Shown here: piece after piece, positions 19,687 to 29,434 of the stretch
Layout of the letters: each line of letters starts with the position of its first letter
How positions within the stretch are numbered: the first letter of the stretch is position 1
Source of the DNA: Desulfomicrobium sp.
GTDB taxonomy: Bacteria > Desulfobacterota > Desulfovibrionia > Desulfovibrionales > Desulfomicrobiaceae
Direction: 5' to 3'
Assembly (NCBI GenBank): GCA_040768745.1
Contig: JAXGMI010000002.1
Location: 672,001 to 736,000, forward strand
Length of the DNA stretch: 64,000 nt
Program-made: the position numbers and the translations under genes
Notes under the pieces: model-generated
Database searches by the model: none
The model's input: the letters and a program-made list of their open reading frames with translations, nothing else
Told to the model about the DNA's origin: nothing

Positions 19687-20283
19687 TCAGCGCGCATGGA
19701 GTTTCGCGGTGGCTGAGTCCAACCCATCCCGGCAGTAGTCCAGCACAGCATCCACGGCCAGATCCAAAACCTGAGCCACGGCGCCCCATTCCTCGGCAAG
19801 AAACGATCTGAGCACGTACTCTGCCATGACTTCGCTGCTTTCCGGACGGCCAATCCCGAGGCGCAGCCGGCAGAAATCCCGTGTTCCGAGATGGGCTGCC
19901 ACGGACTTCAATCCGTTGTGGCCGGCAAGACCGCCTGAAAATTTGAACCGCACAGTTCCCAAAGGCAGATCGAGTTCATCGTGCATGACAAGAATCTTTG
20001 CCGCCGGGATTCCGTGCTTCCGGGCAAGTTCTCCCACGACCTGGCCGCTCAGGTTCATGAAGGTCAATGGCTTGACCAGAAGCCAACTCCGCTTTCCGAA
20101 GTCTTCGCCCGCTTCCCACACGGTCGCATTCAGCCGGACATTCCTGCTTTCACAAACACATCCGGGTCGATTGGCCCAGTATGCGACCACTCGATCCGCA
20201 AGCATGAAGCCGAAATTGTGTCTGGTGCGGGCATACTTGGTGCCAGGGTTGCCCAGACCGACAATCAGTCCGTCATATGCCAT
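19687..20283 (-). CDS. pth: Peptidyl-tRNA hydrolase
   Basis: VGLGNPG, TRHNFGF, KPLTFMNLSG, HDELDL, GHNGLKS. Confidence 0.98.
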   Translation of the reverse strand: MAYDGLIVGLGNPGTKYARTRHNFGFMLADRVVAYWANRPGCVCESRNVRLNATVWEAGEDFGKRSWLLVKPLTFMNLSGQVVGELARKHGIPAAKILVMHDELDLPLGTVRFKFSGGLAGHNGLKSVAAHLGTRDFCRLRLGIGRPESSEVMAEYVLRSFLAEEWGAVAQVLDLAVDAVLDYCRDGLDSATAKLHAR

Positions 20284-20324
20284 GGGGAACCGTCAAAACG
20301 AGATGTACGGAAAAGGAGGAAAGA

Positions 20325-20342
20325 GCCCCGCGTGAGCGGGGC
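20325..20342 (-). terminator. Stem-loop after rplY
   Basis: GCCCCGC-N4-GCGGGGC followed by a pyrimidine tract on the minus strand. Confidence 0.55.
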
Positions 20343-20359
20343 CCAGGGGTGCTGGAAGA

Positions 20360-20956
20360 CTACTGGATTTCTTCTTCGCCGGCCTTGGCGCCACGGCTGG
20401 TCACGACGGCCAGAACGGCATAGTTGCGGTCGTAGACGGCTTTCACGCCTTCGGGCAAAGGCAACTGGTCGACAAAAACCTTGTCTGCAATGTCCAGTTC
20501 TGTGACATCCACCACGATGGAATCCGGAATCATGGCCGGCAGGCAGCGCACCATGACGCGCTCCTCGAAAATTTCCAGCCTGCCCCCCAGAACCACGCCC
20601 TTGGCCCGGCCAGTGGTTTCAACGGGAATGGTGACCTGCACTTCCTTGTCCAGATCGATGCCCACGAAATCAACGTGATCATAGCGGCGCTTGACGGGGT
20701 GAGAAACCAGCTTCTTGAACAGGGCGTTGCGCTTCTCGATCTGACCGTCCACGTCGATGTGGAGTTCAATCATCTTGGAATAGCGCACCTTTTCGAAAGC
20801 CTTGCCCAAAGCCATGTTGTCCACAGAAAAGGAAATATTTTCACCTTTTGAATTGTAGAAAACTCCGGGAACAAGACCCTGGGAACGCAGACGGGCGCAA
20901 GGACCTTTGCCCCTTTCCGCGCGCTGCGTTAACTGCAAACTTGTGACTTCAGACAT
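20360..20956 (-). CDS. rplY: 50S ribosomal protein L25/Ctc
   Basis: GLVPGVFY, HVDF, GVVLGG, IPDSIVVDVTEL; position in prs-rplY-pth. Confidence 0.95.
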   Translation of the reverse strand: MSEVTSLQLTQRAERGKGPCARLRSQGLVPGVFYNSKGENISFSVDNMALGKAFEKVRYSKMIELHIDVDGQIEKRNALFKKLVSHPVKRRYDHVDFVGIDLDKEVQVTIPVETTGRAKGVVLGGRLEIFEERVMVRCLPAMIPDSIVVDVTELDIADKVFVDQLPLPEGVKAVYDRNYAVLAVVTSRGAKAGEEEIQ

Positions 20957-21000
20957 GATTTTCTCCTTTATTCGTCATCGAAAAGCTGTCCCGGCCCGAT

Positions 21001-21945
21001 TCAACTGAAGAGAACGCTGACCGAGGACTCGGAATGGATGTTGTGAATGGCTTTGGCAATCAGGCTGCCAACAGAAATAACCTTGAATTTGTCACTCCCT
21101 GCAGCTTTGGGATTGAGCGGGATGGTGTCGGTCACGATGATCTGCGAGAAGGGGGAACTCGTCAGCCTGTCCACCGCAGGTCCGGACAGAACCGGATGGG
21201 TGGCACAGGCCACGACATCCTGGGCCCCTTGCTCGGCCAGGAGATTGCCCGCCTCGGTCATGGTCCCCCCCGTATCGATCATGTCGTCAAGCACCACTGC
21301 GATCTTGCCCTTGACGTCGCCGATAAGCTGCATGGCATGGGCCTTGTTGGGACCTTCGCGCCGCTTGTCCACGATGGCCAACCCCACGCCCAGACGCTTT
21401 GCGTAGGCCCTGGCTCGCTCCGTTCCACCGGCATCGGGAGATACGACAATGAGGTTGTCGCCCAGCTTTCTGATGTAATCCAACAGGACCTGGGCGGCAT
21501 ACAGATTGTCCACGGGCTTGTCGAAAAAGCCCTGTATCTGGCCAGAATGCAGATCAATGGTCAACACGCGATCCACTCCGGCCACAGAGATGAAGTCCGC
21601 CACCAGCTTCGCGCTGATGGGCACCCTGGGCACCACTTTGCGATCCTGGCGTGCATAGCCGAAATACGGCACGACAGCCGTGACCCTTCCGGCGCTGGCC
21701 CTTTTGAGGGCGTCCAGCATCAGGCAAAGTTCCATCAGGTTGTGGTTGACCGGAGCGCACGTGGATTGCACCACGTACACGTCATCGCCGCGGACATTGT
21801 CGCTCATCTCGATGCGGATTTCTCCGTCACTGAACCTGTCGACCAGGGCAGGGGTCAGCTTGCAACCGAGATGATCGCAAATCCGGGTGGCAAGAGCCGG
21901 ATTGGCCGTGCCCGTGACGATCTTCAGCTCACCAACGCGTGACAT
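21001..21945 (-). CDS. prs: Ribose-phosphate pyrophosphokinase
   Basis: FSDGEI, PYFGYARQDRK, DLHSGQIQGFF, VSPDAGG, DDMIDTGGT. Confidence 0.99.
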   Translation of the reverse strand: MSRVGELKIVTGTANPALATRICDHLGCKLTPALVDRFSDGEIRIEMSDNVRGDDVYVVQSTCAPVNHNLMELCLMLDALKRASAGRVTAVVPYFGYARQDRKVVPRVPISAKLVADFISVAGVDRVLTIDLHSGQIQGFFDKPVDNLYAAQVLLDYIRKLGDNLIVVSPDAGGTERARAYAKRLGVGLAIVDKRREGPNKAHAMQLIGDVKGKIAVVLDDMIDTGGTMTEAGNLLAEQGAQDVVACATHPVLSGPAVDRLTSSPFSQIIVTDTIPLNPKAAGSDKFKVISVGSLIAKAIHNIHSESSVSVLFS

Positions 21946-21963
21946 AATGCATCCTCATATAAA

Positions 21964-22039
21964 TGGCTGGGGCGGGAGGATTCGAACCTCCGAATGACGG
22001 AACCAAAACCCGTTGCCTTGCCAGCTTGGCGACGCCCCA
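21964..22039 (-). tRNA. tRNA-Gln (anticodon TTG)
   Basis: 76-nt cloverleaf TGGGGCG...CGCCCCAGCCA; anticodon arm ACGGG-TTTTGGT-TCCGT; GTTCGAATC T-loop; encoded CCA. Confidence 0.97.
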
Positions 22040-22125
22040 ACACGGGTGCCTGGCGCGTCATGGACCAGGATCTCCCTCGTGATGAAAAAAAATACGGCCT
22101 CTGGCCAGCATCCAACCTTCTCTTC

Positions 22126-23010
22126 TCAGACACCTAGGTCAAAAGGCTGGCCGGACCGAATCCCATGGCAGACATGCCCCTGGGTCCGCATCCTCCGCGC
22201 ACAGCATGCCGCGTCTTCCGCAGAAGCAAAAAGGCCGACCATGGTGGATCCGCTCCCGCTCATGACGCAACCTGCTGCAGCATGATCCAAAATTTCTTGC
22301 TTTATCCCACTAAGTATCGGGAATTCCATAAATACTAAGTGTTCGAAAGCATTCCAGAGCGCGGGCTGTTTCGAGGAGCAAAATTTCATAATGAGGCCAT
22401 CTTGAAGTGTCAACCCTTTTCTCCGCGGCAGGCACCCCTGCGCAGACATCTCATCCCAGCGGCGATATGCCCATTTTGTGTTCGCCTGTAAGGCAGGGCA
22501 AACCAAAAGGACGGCAAGATCCCCGAGATCGAGATCCAGGAAGTGCAGATTTTCACCGATCCCGGTCACCCAAGCCGGTCTGTTCTGGAGGAAAAATGGG
22601 ACGTCCGCTCCAAGGGTCAGCGCCAGTTCAGACAGGGCCTCGGGGGCCAAACCCCGGGACTGCGCCCGGGCGTTGAGCCACAGCAGCAGCGAAGCGGCGT
22701 CACTGCTCCCTCCTCCCAGACCGGCGCCCATGGGAATGTTTTTTTCCAGAAAAAGGCGCAGTCCCGGTGCAAAACCCGTGAGGGAAGCATATTTCTGGTA
22801 CGCCCGGACCAAGATATTTTCGGGGGTGGCCAGGACGGGATCCGAGCAGGACAGGCGCAGACCTTCGCCTCCCTCTTCCAGCCGCAGCACATCGCAAGGT
22901 GCGGGTAACGGATAGAAGAGACTCTCGATCTCATGGTATCCGTCTTCCCGCACCCCGACGATATCGAGGTAGAGGTTGACCTTGCAGCCGGCGCGCAGCT
23001 CCCATTCCAT
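22126..23010 (-). CDS. ispE: 4-diphosphocytidyl-2-C-methyl-D-erythritol kinase
   Basis: KVNLYL, DGYHEI, IPMGAGLGGGSSDAA, GADVPFF, MSGSGST. Confidence 0.97.
   Translation of the reverse strand: MEWELRAGCKVNLYLDIVGVREDGYHEIESLFYPLPAPCDVLRLEEGGEGLRLSCSDPVLATPENILVRAYQKYASLTGFAPGLRLFLEKNIPMGAGLGGGSSDAASLLLWLNARAQSRGLAPEALSELALTLGADVPFFLQNRPAWVTGIGENLHFLDLDLGDLAVLLVCPALQANTKWAYRRWDEMSAQGCLPRRKGLTLQDGLIMKFCSSKQPALWNAFEHLVFMEFPILSGIKQEILDHAAAGCVMSGSGSTMVGLFASAEDAACCARRMRTQGHVCHGIRSGQPFDLGV
22385..22413 (-). promoter_or_regulatory. Putative sigma70 promoter inside ispE for tRNA-Gln-prs
   Basis: TTGACA-N17-TATGAA on the minus strand in a locally AT-rich patch. Confidence 0.55.
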
Positions 23011-23046
23011 GGATTTGAAACCGCAAGCGCCCTTGCGGGCGCTGTT

Positions 23047-24468
<1,422 letters not shown>

Positions 24469-24587
24469 CGTGTACCTCCACACGTTTGCCTGATGAGCAT
24501 CGACCGTGCCAAACCTCTGGATCAACATCATCCGGGCCTGCATACCACCCTGGGTCCCGGACTTGTGCACATTACGGCACAAACAAG

Positions 24588-25583
24588 CTACACAACCGTC
24601 TCGGCGGCCAGTAAATTTTGCACATCCAGGTCTTCGTGGCTGCACAAAAAACACATGGCCGCCCATTCGGACCAGTACATCCCGTTCTGCCCCGAACCGG
24701 CAAAGCCGACGTGGCCTCCGGTGAGAGGAGAAAAAAGCTGCAGGCAGGGATGATGGGCTGCCTCGGCTCGGGGAAAACACTTTGGCCCCAAAAATGGATC
24801 GTTGGCGGCGTTGATGATGCACGTCCGCCGGTCGATGCCAGACAAAAACTGCCTGCAGCTGCACCGGCGCCAGTAGTCACGGGCGTTGCGGAATCCATGC
24901 AGAGGAGCCGTGAACCGGTCGTCAAATTCCCGAAATGTGCGTATCGAATCCAGTCCTTGGACATCCAATGCACTGGAAAAAAGACGATTCTTTTCTCTAA
25001 TCTTCTTTCGGAGCTGGTCAAGAAGGTAGCGGACATAGATGGCGCACTGGGGGCGGGCCAGGGCCTCGGCCGCATCCTCCAGATCGCACGGCACAGAAAA
25101 GGCCACGGCCCTTCGGACTATACCTGGGACGCGGGCCGCGTCCTCGCCCAGATATTTGAGCAGCACGTTCCCACCCAGGCTGAATCCGACAATATCCGCG
25201 CTGGCATAACGGCCTTGCCCCTGAACCATGCACAGGACTTCATGCAGATCCTGCGTCAACCCGGAATGATACATGGTCAGCTTGCGGTTCATCTCCCCCC
25301 CGCAGCCCCGAAAATTCATGGCCAGGACGTCAAAGCCGTGTGCCCTGGCCGCCCTGCCCATACCCAGGACATACTTTCGTCGGGAGTGACCTTCCAACCC
25401 ATGCAGGATGAGGACGAGACGGTCGCTTTTCCCACAGGACCAGTCCAGGTCCAGGAAATCACCATCAGACGTGTCCAGCCGCTGGCGTTCATAGTCAAGA
25501 TCAGGCTGGGCGCGAAAGAGAACCGGAAATACCGTGTGGACGTGACCATTGGAGAAAGGGAACGCAGTCCACAGACGCACCAC
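24588..25583 (-). CDS. YheT-family alpha/beta hydrolase
   Basis: DGDFLDLDW, LHGLEG, GFSLGG nucleophile elbow, NDPF, GGHVGF. Confidence 0.9.
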   Translation of the reverse strand: MVRLWTAFPFSNGHVHTVFPVLFRAQPDLDYERQRLDTSDGDFLDLDWSCGKSDRLVLILHGLEGHSRRKYVLGMGRAARAHGFDVLAMNFRGCGGEMNRKLTMYHSGLTQDLHEVLCMVQGQGRYASADIVGFSLGGNVLLKYLGEDAARVPGIVRRAVAFSVPCDLEDAAEALARPQCAIYVRYLLDQLRKKIREKNRLFSSALDVQGLDSIRTFREFDDRFTAPLHGFRNARDYWRRCSCRQFLSGIDRRTCIINAANDPFLGPKCFPRAEAAHHPCLQLFSPLTGGHVGFAGSGQNGMYWSEWAAMCFLCSHEDLDVQNLLAAETVV

Positions 25584-25586
25584 GTT

Positions 25587-26072
25587 CTATTCCTCCACGT
25601 AGACCCTGGTGATGGCCACCGGCTCCGTGGGCACGTTTTGGTGAAAGCCGAAAGACCCCGTGGGCACCTGGGCAATGGCATCCACCACGTCCATTCCTTC
25701 TTTGACCTGGGCAAAGACGGCATACCCGAAGTCTCTGAGCCCGTGATCAAGGAATGCGTTGTCCCGCAGGTTGATGAAAAACTGGGATGTGGCGCTGTCC
25801 ACGGCCTGGGTTCTGGCCATGGACAGGGTGCCGCGCACATTTTTGAGGCCGTTATCAGCCTCGTTTTTGATGGGTTTGCGGGTCTTCTTCTCGCTCATGG
25901 ATTCTGTCATGCCGCCGCCCTGCACGACGAAATTGGGGATGACCCGATGGAAAACGGTCCCGTCATAAAAGCCTTCCTGAACATAGTTCAGAAAGTTCTC
26001 GCAGGTCAGCGGGGCCTTGTCCGCAAAAAGCTCGATCTTGATGGTGCCCAGGGTTGTTATCATCACAATCAT
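25587..26072 (-). CDS. Cyclophilin-type peptidyl-prolyl isomerase
   Basis: [36 protein letters not shown]. Confidence 0.96.
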   Translation of the reverse strand: MIVMITTLGTIKIELFADKAPLTCENFLNYVQEGFYDGTVFHRVIPNFVVQGGGMTESMSEKKTRKPIKNEADNGLKNVRGTLSMARTQAVDSATSQFFINLRDNAFLDHGLRDFGYAVFAQVKEGMDVVDAIAQVPTGSFGFHQNVPTEPVAITRVYVEE

Positions 26073-26192
26073 GGTTGTTCTCCTCAATAGTGCAAGATTT
26101 AGTATCAAGTCCCTGCCGGCTGGGGATGTGCGGTCTCCTTATGCCCTGTCTGGTCTGCTGGACAACAGAACTGCACACCAACGTTTTCCGGC

Positions 26193-26645
26193 TCAGAGAA
26201 ACCGCTCCAGAATCAAGGCGTCTTCTCCGCTGTCGGCGTAGTATTTTTTGCGCAGCCCGACCTGCATGAATCCGCACCTTGCGTACAGGGCCAGGGCTGG
26301 CCGGTTGCCCCGGCGAACATCCAGGACCACCCGTCCCACGCCAATCATGCGGCACCGATCCAAAAAACAGTTCAGCATCGTACCCCCGACAGCCTGTCTC
26401 CGCAAATCCTGCCGTACGGCAAGATTGACTATTTCCGCCTCACCGCCCATGCTGTAAGCCGTTATGTAGCCGCACAACGCATTGCCCTGAAAGGCGCCGA
26501 CGGCTATGAAGGATCCCTGGCCCAGCAGGGTGAAAAAACGCTGCTCGTCCCAGACATTGTCAAAGACTGCGGCCTCCAAGGCAGCCAAATCCGGGGCATC
26601 AGCGGGAACCAGGACCCGCAGTTCGAGATCCTTAACTTGCGTCAT
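26193..26645 (-). CDS. rimI: Ribosomal protein S18 alanine N-acetyltransferase
   Basis: EAEIVNLAV, RRQAVG, LDVRRGN..ALALY, RKKYY...GEDAL. Confidence 0.85.
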   Translation of the reverse strand: MTQVKDLELRVLVPADAPDLAALEAAVFDNVWDEQRFFTLLGQGSFIAVGAFQGNALCGYITAYSMGGEAEIVNLAVRQDLRRQAVGGTMLNCFLDRCRMIGVGRVVLDVRRGNRPALALYARCGFMQVGLRKKYYADSGEDALILERFL

Positions 26646-26672
26646 GAGCTGACCAGAACAATTGAAAAACAC

Positions 26673-27191
26673 ATGGCCGCAGAACAAACCTCGGAAAAAA
26701 TCTACATTGTGGATGCAGAAAACCGCCCTGTGGCGGTCATGGACGCTGAGCAGGTGCACCGGCAGCGTCTCTGGCACCGCGGCGTCCTGCTCATCCTGCT
26801 GGACCGGTCAGGCCGGCTTGTTCTGCGCAGACTGGGCAAAAACCATCCCCTCCACCCATCCAGATGGGATCTTACGGGAAGCGGCCATGTCCTCTGGCAC
26901 GAGGCCTCGGAAGAGGCCGCCTGGCGGTATCTTCCCATGGCCGCCCGTACAGCAGGCCCAGCCCTGTTTCATCGGTGCACCATGCACGAGGGCGTAGGAA
27001 CCGGGCTGGAAATCGTGGACGTCTTTCATGCCCATATCCCGGATCCCGTTGCAGGCACACTGGCCAGAGATACGGACTATCTGCTCGTGGACCAGGACGA
27101 ACTTCACGCCCTGGCCACATCATACGCGGATCAGCTCACCCCAGCCCTGCTCGACGTCTGGCGAAACAGCCCGGATACCCTGTCTAGTTGA
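26673..27191 (+). CDS. NUDIX/Idi-like protein with a degenerate Nudix box
   Basis: IVDAENRP, VHRQRLWHRGV, WDLTGSGHV..E; the RE..EE residues are missing. Confidence 0.7.
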   Translation: MAAEQTSEKIYIVDAENRPVAVMDAEQVHRQRLWHRGVLLILLDRSGRLVLRRLGKNHPLHPSRWDLTGSGHVLWHEASEEAAWRYLPMAARTAGPALFHRCTMHEGVGTGLEIVDVFHAHIPDPVAGTLARDTDYLLVDQDELHALATSYADQLTPALLDVWRNSPDTLSS

Positions 27192-28209
27192 TATAGACCT
27201 TGGAAAAAGTCGCCTCGTCCTCCAGACTCCGGCCCGTGCCCCGCACCACCGTGGTCAAAGGGTCATCGTCAATGTGCACCACCAGGGAGCTTTGCTGGGT
27301 GATGAGCTTGTCCAATCCCTTCAAAAGTGCTCCACCGCCGGCCAGAAGCATCCCATTGGTGGCGATGTCGGCCACCAGCTCCGGAGGGGTTTTTTCCAAC
27401 GCCCTGCGCACTGCGGCCACGATGGCCCCCACGGGCTCCTTGATGGCCTCCCGGATATGGCTGTCCGTCAGGGTGATGGACTTGGGATTGCCGTCCACCA
27501 GATTTTTGCCTGCCACCCTGTACTGCAGAGGTTCGGGCAGAGGAATGGCGGAAGCGATCTGAATCTTGGCCGCCTCGGCCATGTTCTCGCCGATCAAGAG
27601 CTGGAATTCGTCCTGCACATACCGCTGAATGGCCTCGTTGATCTCGTCCCCGGCAATGCGCACGGACTCCGAATATGCCACGGCCGAGAGGGAAATAACG
27701 GCCACCTCCGTGGTCCCACCGCCGATGTCCACGACCATGTTGCCCCGCGGTTCATCAATGGGCAGCCCCGCGCCGATAGCCGCAGCCATGGGTTCCTCGA
27801 TGAGCTTCACCTCCCTGGCCCCGGCCTGCAGTGCCGATTCGATGACCGCCCTTTTTTCCACCTGGGTGATGCCGGCCGGCACGCAGATGACCATGCGCGG
27901 CTTGACGATGCGCATGCCGGTGATGACCTTCTTGATGAAATAGGCGATCATTGCCTTGGTTACCTCAAAGTCGGCAATGACCCCGTCCTTCAGAGGCCGC
28001 ACGGCCCTGATCCGCTCCGGAGTCCGCCCAAGGTACTCCTTGGCTTCCCTGCCCACAGCCAGGATGGTCTCATTGCGCACGTCCAGGGCAACCACCGATG
28101 GCTCGTTCAAGACGATTCCGTCCTTGGGCGAGTACAGAAGGGTGTTGGCGGTGCCGAGATCCATGGCCAGATTCTTGCCCAGAAATCCGAAAAGTTTGCT
28201 GAAAAACAT
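27184..28209 (-). CDS. mreB: MreB-family actin homologue (not followed by mreC)
   Basis: DLGTANT, RPLKDGVIADF, EEPMAAAIGAG, DIGGGTTE, LAGGGALL. Confidence 0.93.
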   Translation of the reverse strand: MFFSKLFGFLGKNLAMDLGTANTLLYSPKDGIVLNEPSVVALDVRNETILAVGREAKEYLGRTPERIRAVRPLKDGVIADFEVTKAMIAYFIKKVITGMRIVKPRMVICVPAGITQVEKRAVIESALQAGAREVKLIEEPMAAAIGAGLPIDEPRGNMVVDIGGGTTEVAVISLSAVAYSESVRIAGDEINEAIQRYVQDEFQLLIGENMAEAAKIQIASAIPLPEPLQYRVAGKNLVDGNPKSITLTDSHIREAIKEPVGAIVAAVRRALEKTPPELVADIATNGMLLAGGGALLKGLDKLITQQSSLVVHIDDDPLTTVVRGTGRSLEDEATFSKVYIN

Positions 28210-28220
28210 CGGTATCCTTC

Positions 28221-29249
28221 CTAGTCGTTGACGTCGTGGTTGTCAGGTTCAGGCCGGTCGCTGTCCAGATCAGCCGGAACGGGGGGAGCGAATTGCTTGA
28301 CCCTGCTTTTCAGGTATAAATTTTCCAGAAAAAGAGCCAGATAGTCTGCAGCCATCCTGGCAAACGAGCGGATGTCCTCCCCGATGACCCGTCTTTCGCG
28401 GTCCCCGAAAACCAAAACCCCCCGGCAACGCTTGTGGACCTTCAGCGGCAAGGCCAGCAGCGTGTTCAGGGTCGGGACAGACACATCGCGGCCAAAAAGG
28501 GGAATGCGACCCAATTCGCTCTTGCCATCCCCGAACATGACCGGCTGGCTCTTCTTGAAGACCCATCCCAGAAGTCCGCTGCCGGTGCTGAAGGTCTGGC
28601 CGACGGCAGCCGCCTCGGTCATGAAGGGCCTGTTGCTGCCTTCGAGCATGTAGTTGTGCCCCCATTCGTCGCTGACCACCAGAAACGTGAATTCGTATCC
28701 ACTGGCCCCGGCCAGCAATGCCAGGTAATGGCTCAAAAAATCCGACCACGTAGGATGACTTTCCCGCAACCCGTAGACCTGTTGCAGTATGCGGTAGAGC
28801 TGTTGCTCGCGGAAGGAGGTTTCGGCATCGCCCATGTCCTTCACTATGGCAAACACGACCTGGGCAAAGAGCGAGAGGACCCGCTGGTTCTTGTCTGTGA
28901 ATGCGTACGTGCTCTTGCTGTCCATGCACAACGCGCCAAGACCCTCGGGGAGGGGGCAGCCCACGAAGACCTTGATCTGCTCGTCCTGCCCGGACCCGTA
29001 ATAACCCAGGAAAGCGTTCTTCTGGTCAAACTTCTCGACCAGAAGGGGCTTGTTGTTCTTCAGAATCCAGCCGACCAGGCCGTGCCCGGCCTCGATGACG
29101 AGATCTCTTGGTATGGAATCGCCCAAACTGAATGAGGCGCTGAGGTCAAAGCCTCCCTTGGCGTTGCGGCAGAACAGGACCACGGAATACGCGTCAAACA
29201 CGCTCCCGATACTTTCCAGCAGTCTGTCCAGGGATGAATATCTGGTCAT
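28221..29249 (-). CDS. Tandem GAF-domain protein
   Basis: Two repeats GHGLVGWI and GSGLLGWV, each followed by a PL..G.L strand; no output domain. Confidence 0.8.
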   Translation of the reverse strand: MTRYSSLDRLLESIGSVFDAYSVVLFCRNAKGGFDLSASFSLGDSIPRDLVIEAGHGLVGWILKNNKPLLVEKFDQKNAFLGYYGSGQDEQIKVFVGCPLPEGLGALCMDSKSTYAFTDKNQRVLSLFAQVVFAIVKDMGDAETSFREQQLYRILQQVYGLRESHPTWSDFLSHYLALLAGASGYEFTFLVVSDEWGHNYMLEGSNRPFMTEAAAVGQTFSTGSGLLGWVFKKSQPVMFGDGKSELGRIPLFGRDVSVPTLNTLLALPLKVHKRCRGVLVFGDRERRVIGEDIRSFARMAADYLALFLENLYLKSRVKQFAPPVPADLDSDRPEPDNHDVND

Positions 29250-29434
29250 GGGGTTCTCGAACACAAGGATGCCGTCTTGGAGGCCAAGGCCGGATACGGG
29301 CATATAGGGAATGAGGCCGGGCAGCAACCACCGCAACAGGGGAATGGGTGGAAAATCCTGTTTACGGGCACCTCAAAACATGCCACACAGTCTACACACA
29401 ACCCCAACAAACACAATGAGATAGTTAGCCCCAT

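Noticed and set aside
19593..19853. Long N-terminal extensions given by the ORF track (carD; likewise the ligase, secD, degP/Q, icd and the 54910 kinase)
   Set aside because: They overlap upstream genes or intergenic DNA; downstream starts with a clear RBS match the family N-termini
21964..22039. tRNA-Gln as an island integration site
   Set aside because: Sits in the conserved ispE-tRNA-prs order; no integrase and no duplicated 3' end noticed
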